DNA of 52,950 nucleotides, the filler included, from Sphacelaria rigidula (taxonomy: Eukaryota): NCBI GenBank assembly GCA_964200075.2. It is 3 parts of 3 records of this genome, joined end to end, with 100 filler letters (N's around TTAATTAATTAA, not from the genome) between each part and the next. Parts side by side here need not be neighbours in the genome. Positions count along the whole stretch, not along the records: positions 35,372 to 52,950 come from CAXNAA020001038.1; 2 more parts are not named here. One strand, written 5' to 3'. How positions within the stretch are numbered: the stretch's first letter is position 1; each line of letters begins with the position of its first letter. The position numbers and the translations under genes were made by a program. Positions 46,356 to 52,950 of this stretch are shown here, one piece after another. The notes beneath the pieces were generated by a model, which ran no database searches, was not told the DNA's origin, and saw only the letters and a program-made list of their open reading frames with translations.

Positions 46356-49300
46356 ATGGCTGCAACGTCTACCCCTTGGGCACTCGGCGCGACACACAAC
46401 ACAATGACCGCGGATATCTCGGCGCCTACTCCAGTGGCTAATCCTTCTTCCGAATCACCAATCAAGCCTAAGAGGTGAGGATTGAGGATTATACATGGGG
46501 AGTTGGCATGCTGTGTTCGAGCGTGTGTGTTGCTGTGAGGAAGTGTGGAGTCTCCCGAGGGATGGAGGGGTGTGGGTCGGGTACCTACTACTGCTCCCAT
46601 TTTTCCGTGTGTCCGGGGAGGTTGAATTTTTGTATTCTCTTCTTATTATCAAACAGTATTTCTTCCCACTATTCAAATACCAACCGCGTGGGATGGTGCG
46701 ATTGGGTGATTTTTTTTGGGAAGTGCTCTTCGCAATGTCAAGCGTGGGCAAACTGTGATAAGTGTTCGATGTACGGTGATCTGTTACATGCCACGCAGTT
46801 CCACTTCATTCATGTCCTGTGCCTGTTGCTGAGGCGTCCTCAGTCAGCCCTATTTGTCTCCAATTTGTAATATTCGTTCATGTGTTGGTTTCACCGTTTC
46901 TTCCAGCACTCCGTTCTACAGACAGTACCAGCAGCACAGCGGGTGCTGTGTGATTTCCATCGCTCTCTTGGGTACAAATAATTGCGCGCTTCGGTGTCGA
47001 AAGCCAAACCAACCGCTGCCCACACGTGCACACACCGCTCCCTCATTCCCACCCGAATAGCTTCAATATGATGGAGGGAGGAGCAAACAAAGAGAGCGGC
47101 AGCGGCAACAACAAGGATGCCGCTGTGCCGTCCTCACCGGTAGTACCCACGTCACCACTGCCGGAACCCAGCTCGTCCCCCGAAATTCCGTCATCGCCCG
47201 TCGAAAACAATCCAGTCTGTGATGGGTCTTCTGTGATGGCCAACGGGGGCAGGGACGGGGAAGACGAGGAGGGCGTAGCGACAGAAACAAAAACGCCGGG
47301 CGGGGTTGGAGCGGCATCGGAGCCGGAGGCGGGATCTGCTGATGCAGTTGGGGATGCTGCAAAGGGAGACATATCTGTAGTGGCGAACGGAGCAGCAGCG
47401 TCGCCGGAAATCTGCGAAAAGGAGGGGCAAGGAGAGGCGGCAGGAGAAGTAGAGGACTCGGCGGGGGAAGGTAGGGAGAAGACCGCAGGAGGCGTGGCAG
47501 CCGAGCGTCTGATGGCGGCGCCATCAACGAGAGCAGTGTCAACTCTGGTTGAAGATGGTGCCGTCGGGGATGAATCTGTAACGGAGAACGTACACGGAGA
47601 TGGTGCAGTCGGGAATGAATCTGTAACGGAGAATGTAGACGGGGAGGGGGAGTCGGCGGAAGCGGTTGAAGCGGCGGCGGCAGCAGCGGCTGCGATAGCA
47701 GCGGCGGTAACCACTGCGGCGAAGGTTTCCGTTACCGTCAACACTAATGGGATCCAGAGCGTGGATGATACACCGGCGACCGTAGTGGCGGCGGCCGGTG
47801 GGGGGGAAATAGCTGAGGACGTTGCGTCGGAGGTTGGAGGGACTAGCTCGGACTCGGAGGGCGAAGATGATGAAGAGCGAGGAGGCAGTTCGAGCGCACC
47901 TAGTCGAGAGGAGGGACAAGCTGGCGGAGCAGAAGCGAAGCAGACGAACGGACAGCAGCACGGACCGGTGCTGTCCACCGTATCGGCGGGCGCGAGTGCG
48001 GCTGGCAACGGACACAACAGCCCGCATGGTAGCCCACGACAGGAGACAGACGAGCACGCAGCGAGGGCGTCTGATGCGGCGACCGCGGCTCTGATGGCAG
48101 CACTCGCAAGTGCTACGAGGGATCCACCACCCCAACGTCGTCCGCCTGCGACGGCCCGACAATCACCATCATTGTCGAAAACATCGCCAACTGCTGCTGG
48201 CACGACGCCATCGTGCTTGAAGTCCGAGAATCACTCTGAACTGGGCTCATGCGCGGCAGCAACTACGGAGCGAGAAAATCGTCATGGCGGGAGCAGGAGC
48301 CGTGATTTGGTCATGTTTTTCTCGAAACTGCCACGGCCGCTTGAAGAAGGGGCGGCAGGGGGGAATGGGGAAGAGGAGCTTGAGTCGCTGGTTTACCGCG
48401 CGATGCTTTCTGCGGGGTATCGATGGCCGCAACCTGTACCGGCGTCGGGTGGGGAGTCGGCGGCGATGGAATCGGAAGACGATGCGGACGCGCTGGCAGA
48501 CCTACCGTTACCGTTGACGTTGTCGGAAAGTTCCGGCCCGTGTATGGTGGGGTACTTTGGGGCTGACGGATCGGCCGACTCACATAGGTGTATGGGGACG
48601 TGGGCGATGAGCAAAAAAGATCTCTCGGAGGCGGAAAAGGTTGAGTCCCGGGCGAGCCCGTTCGAATTCAAGGCGTTACCGCGCCGCGACGGCGACCCTA
48701 TGCAGTTCCCGCACTCCGGCGCGTATCAGGGACACTTCCTCGTGCGGCAGACTCCGCGGCCGGTGCTAAAGGTGAGCGAAGATAAGCTGGAGATAAACTT
48801 CGCGAGGAATAGGGAAGGGTTCTGGAACGTGGAGGGCGAGGGGCACAACAGATACGGGTCGTTCTCCATCGCCGGGCGCCTGGACGGCGACCGCCGACTC
48901 GAGGTCTACCGCTCGTACAAACCCGCGCCGAAGTCGGCTCGAGGGGGGCATCGTCGTGCCAACTCGATCTCGACACAGGATACGGGTGCGGGGACCGGGA
49001 GCTACTCGGCACCGCCTGCGCATTCCCATTCGCTATACGGCCGATCACCGAAGCGCGGGAAGCACCCGCGAACAGATCTTAACCCCCCGGCGGCGTCGCT
49101 TCCCTCGGCTTCACCACCGGGCGCGCCTGGGGGGTTGAATGGCATTGCAGCCGGGGGTTGGCATGCAGATGCGGCGGGGAGGGGGGGGGGGGATTCGTCC
49201 CATGATGCGCCGGCGCCCGCTGGGAGTCGACGGGTCAGTCGTACACCATCGTACCTTATCTCGGATATTGGGAGCGAAGGGACGGCGCACTTATCGCAGG

Positions 49301-52300
49301 GGTTACGGAAGTGCTTGACGGTGCTGAAGAGCGTAATGAGCGTGCCGCGAAAGTCCGAGTGGTTTTTGGCGCCTGTGGACCACGTTGCGCTTCAGCTCCT
49401 TGACTATACGAGAATTATCAAGCGGCCGATGGATCTGGGTACTGTACGAAAAAATCTGGAGAGCGGACAGTACGAGGTACGTTTTTGAATTCATCCCCTC
49501 CCCCTTCCTCTCTTGACCTCGTTACCCCCTGTGCTCCCGTTCCTCTTTTGGAGGATTCGCAGATACTACACTCCTTGGATGGTGTGGCGATGTCACCCCC
49601 CCAATTTATCCTTCCCCATGATGCCGTACATGCCGCAGATTTGCGGTCGTGGGCTGTGTCTTGAACGACTTGGGTGGTCATTTTCCAGTGGGGGGCGTCC
49701 GCCTCGTATGTCGGACGATGACGCGAATCCCATGGTGCCCGCACTGTAAAATATTTCGCGTGTTGCTCGTTGACATTCGATAGAGGTGTTCGATAGAGAC
49801 GAGGGCAACCCTTGAGCGGACCTTTGAGGGAAGATTCATTCGTTGAAACCAAGTGTGAAACCCTCCCATACATTCCGCGTCCTCCATGATATGAAGACGT
49901 CTTTCGTGGGGAACAGTAGAATTTGAAGAACTGTCAACACAGCGCTGTATATGAAGAGTTTGGATTGACGTTTACCCTGAACAACAGCTCTCTGGTCTAT
50001 TTTTCTCGTATTTTCAACTGATTCTTGACACTACTTACTCGCACCCTCCTTTTCTTCTCCCAACTCATACCTCTGCTCCTTTTGCCCGAAGCAGAACTCG
50101 AGCGAATTCGCGGCGGACGTACGCCTCGTTTTTAGTAACGCGCGGCTCTACAACTCTGATCCAACATGCGACGTTCACGTGGCGGCGCGAGAACTGAACG
50201 AGCTCTTCGAGACCAAATTCCACGCGCTTGGCTCAAGCCTGGACAACCCCCCCTCCAAAAGGAAGAAATCCCCTACCTCGGGCGGGGGCGCTGGCGGCGG
50301 GGGGGCTGAGAGCCGCAGAGGGGGGGGGCCGGGGGTCAGCGCCGGCTGGGGTCACAACAGCTCGCTGCCGCCACCACATTTTCAATCCTCGGCACAAGCC
50401 GAACCAGACACTTTTTCGGACCCAAACAGCTATTTCTCGGAGTTGGAGCAGGATCATGATGACAGTGAGCCGCAGCCGCCGAAAGAGAAGAAGAGGAAAA
50501 GTTGGGCGGCTGGTGGCGAGGGCTCGGCGACGGGTGCATCCGCGAGTAAGAAGGCGAGACCAGCATCGGAGAGTAAGAAGTCACGGGGGGAAAAGGGAGA
50601 GGGTAGGAAGACGAAGAAGCAGTTGAACGCAGAGAAAAAGGCAGCAGCGGCGGAAGCGGCGGCCGCGGCGGCGGCCGGAACCCCGATGAGTCCAGAGGAG
50701 ACCAGTGCGGGTGCCGACGGGATAGAAGGCAGCGGCAAGAAAACGATAGCCGCGATGGAGCGCCGGATTGCGAGTATGGAAGCCTTGATCCAACAATTAT
50801 CGCAGGGGCAGGGGGTCGCTGTTCCTCCAGCTGTGGGGAATGGGGACGAGGAGTCGTCGCCTACGGTGAGAGCAGTAAGGAAGAGATGTAGCAAAAGCTG
50901 TGGGTGTGTAATGACTTGAAACATCGACAGAATCGATGTGCGACACCATTCTGAGTTTTGGTTGCGGGCAGTTTGTTTTGTTGCGGTTCTTGGGTGTTCT
51001 TCGTTGATTGGGTGGCGTCTCGACACATGTGTATCGGGTATTGTCACTAGGGGGCTCGAGCGGGTGTTGCATGTCTACCTGGTCATGAGTGACCACAGTT
51101 CGTGTTTTACTCTTTGTTTCGCTTTTGCCGCCACCTCATTGGTTCGTGTTTGCATCATGACTGCCAAATCTTGAACGAGATGGTTTGCAGAAAATTCTAT
51201 TTTGCTGCGAATCGGTGTTGAACGGGACGTTGGTTTTGCATCGATCCATTGGGGCCCGTTTGGCGCCCAGCGTTCAATCTCACTGCGATTTTGTTGTTTT
51301 CGTTTCTCCGTCGTGATACCAATGTTTTGCCTTCAAGTTGAGAAGCTACATGCCTGCGCTCGGCTTTGTAATGGGCGGCGAAAATGGAGACCCCTCTTGT
51401 AAAAATCCAGCAACTATTGTGTCGTTCTAAAAGATGTGCTTTAAGTGGTCAGTTCTTTGCTAGTCGGAGGAACTCAAGGTAGCCTGCAGCCGTTGGGCCC
51501 TCCCTCTTTTTCGAAAAATCCAGCAACTATTTCTTTGTAGAACATGTGCTTGAAGTGGTCAGTTCTTCGCTAGTTGGAGGAACTCAAAATAGCCCGTGGC
51601 CATGAGGACCCATGTGCTGGCTTCAACATGGACATGGTCATGATGAAAACAGTATGCACTAGACTTGCACAGCTCTCGAAGATCATCGTTCTCGTTGTCC
51701 TCTGTTTCAGTTCCTGGAGAGGATTACGACCGATTTTGTCAGCGCCAAATACGTCGTCCACCGCGATAGGCGCACCACAAATCAGCATACCCGAAATGAA
51801 GTCTATCGCACCCCTGACTTCCCCCTACATCTCTTTCCCCGGACCGAACCTCTCTCCTTTTCCGCGTGCGTGTACTGAAAAAAATGCGTCCCCTGATGTG
51901 TCACTTATTCCAACTCAGGGGGGCGCTGCCAAAAGGCAAGGTAGCGCAAAGAGCACGGGATCAAGTCGAAAAAAGAAAGAAGGGGGAGGCGCGAAGAAGG
52001 CCGCTGGCGGGGGTGCCAAGTCAAAAGGTGGCGGCGGTGCGAATTCCGGGGCCGGTGGTGCAAAGCCAAAAACACCAAAAGCAACCAAAGCACCGAAGGC
52101 ACCAAAGGCACCAAAGACGCCGAAGCCAAAAACACCGAAGGCGGGTAGGGGCGGGGGTGCAGCAACGCAGGCGAAGGCAGCGGCCGCACGGGCGAAGAAG
52201 GCAGCAGAAGCAGAAGCGGCCGCTGCGGCGCAGGTCCCGCTGACTTTCGATGAGAAAAAGGCGTTGAGCGTGGCGATTAACAAGCTAGACCAGGACAACC

Positions 52301-52509
52301 TGACCCGCGTAGTAGAAATCATTCAAAATCGGATGCCGTTGGGGAGCTCGGATGAGGAGATTGAGTTGGATATCGATGCCATGGACAACTTGACCCTTCG
52401 AGACTTGCAAAGATTTATCATGGAGGTTTCCGGGGGGCCAAATGGTGCGGGCGGTGTAGGTGTAGGCGGTGACGGGTCTGAGTCCGATTCCGAGTCCGAA
52501 GCGTGGTGA
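46356..52509 (+). CDS. Bromodomain plus extra-terminal (ET/NET) domain protein, BET/GTE-like; exons 46356-46474 (probable), 47061-49476, 50095-50865, 51919-52509
   Basis: Bromodomain CLTVLKSVM...EWFLAPVD...DYTRIIKRPMDLGTVRKNLESGQYE|NSSEFAADVRLVFSNARLYN...ELFETKF is split by a phase-0 intron. ET domain PLTFDEKKALSVAINKLDQDNLTRVVEII...EEIELDIDAMDNLTLRDLQRFI. All junctions GT/AG and in phase. The first small exon joins in phase 2 (AG|C); an alternative start is ATG 47068. Confidence 0.92.
51401..51594. repeat. Diverged intronic tandem duplication (about 83 bp matching, offset 113 bp)
   Basis: AAAAATCCAGCAACTATT...ATGTGCTT.AAGTGGTCAGTTCTT.GCTAGT.GGAGGAACTCAA at 51401-51484 and 51514-51594. Confidence 0.85.
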
Positions 52510-52950
52510 AAGTGACGAAAATAGACGCGTTCCCAAAGGGGAAGGGGGGGGAAAGCCGTCGTTTTTTTGTGTGAATTTGGCAAAAAAACACGGGAGCTAC
52601 AGTTCCGTTCTGTGCCCCCTTCCTCCCGTTCTCCCCTCCTCAACCATCCCCCGCGGTGTTGGCGATGCGGCAGTGACCGGAGGAAGTGTAGTAACGTAAC
52701 TGTTCAGGATTCTTGTCTGTGTTCACCATTCTGTCTCTATTTTCGTATGCGGGTGGTTGTGAGGGTAGGTTGGGGTTACTTGCCTCGGTTTTGTAGGGGT
52801 TGGCGATGTGTGGATTCTTCGATGGAAGGCAAGTGTCTGGGGAAGTTTTCGGACGGGGGCGGGGGGTGGGGGGGGGTGGGGGGGGGTGCGTGGTGATCAG
52901 ACGGGGTTATCGTTTGTTTCTTTGGCGCCTATCTTTTACTCTTCGGCTTT

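Noticed and set aside
47043-48203. 386-aa minus-strand ORF and other antisense ORFs over the BET exons (e.g. 50454-51047, 51915-52322)
   Set aside because: These are antisense shadows of GC-rich low-complexity coding sequence with no domain signal.

Overview
Eukaryotic genomic DNA with spliceosomal GT-AG introns, multi-kb repeat-filled introns and Ala/Gly-rich low-complexity coding. The style fits a brown alga (Phaeophyceae); this is inference only. Four spliced genes can be rebuilt by hand. (1) Three internal exons of a DHRS12-like short-chain dehydrogenase (+, 2600-11355). (2) A gene of short exons that the ORF track misses, encoding an N-terminal PX (phox) domain plus two C-terminal hydrophobic helices (-, about 26095-21023). 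(3) The last four exons of a eukaryotic glutathione synthetase (+, 35929-42634). (4) A single-bromodomain plus ET-domain (BET/GTE-type) protein with an unassigned beta-rich domain (+, 46356-52509). The remainder is repeat-rich. It holds a decayed APE/RT LINE whose 3' ends sit in poly-C tracts, a tRNA-headed SINE and related microsatellite-tailed retroposon ends, nested TA-flanked Tc1/mariner-like non-autonomous elements, foldbacks, a Helitron-like 3' end and a possible decayed Ulp1/chromo-like gene. Two 100-nt N blocks containing TTAATTAATTAA are assembly spacers, so adjacency across 17587-17686 and 35272-35371 is uncertain.
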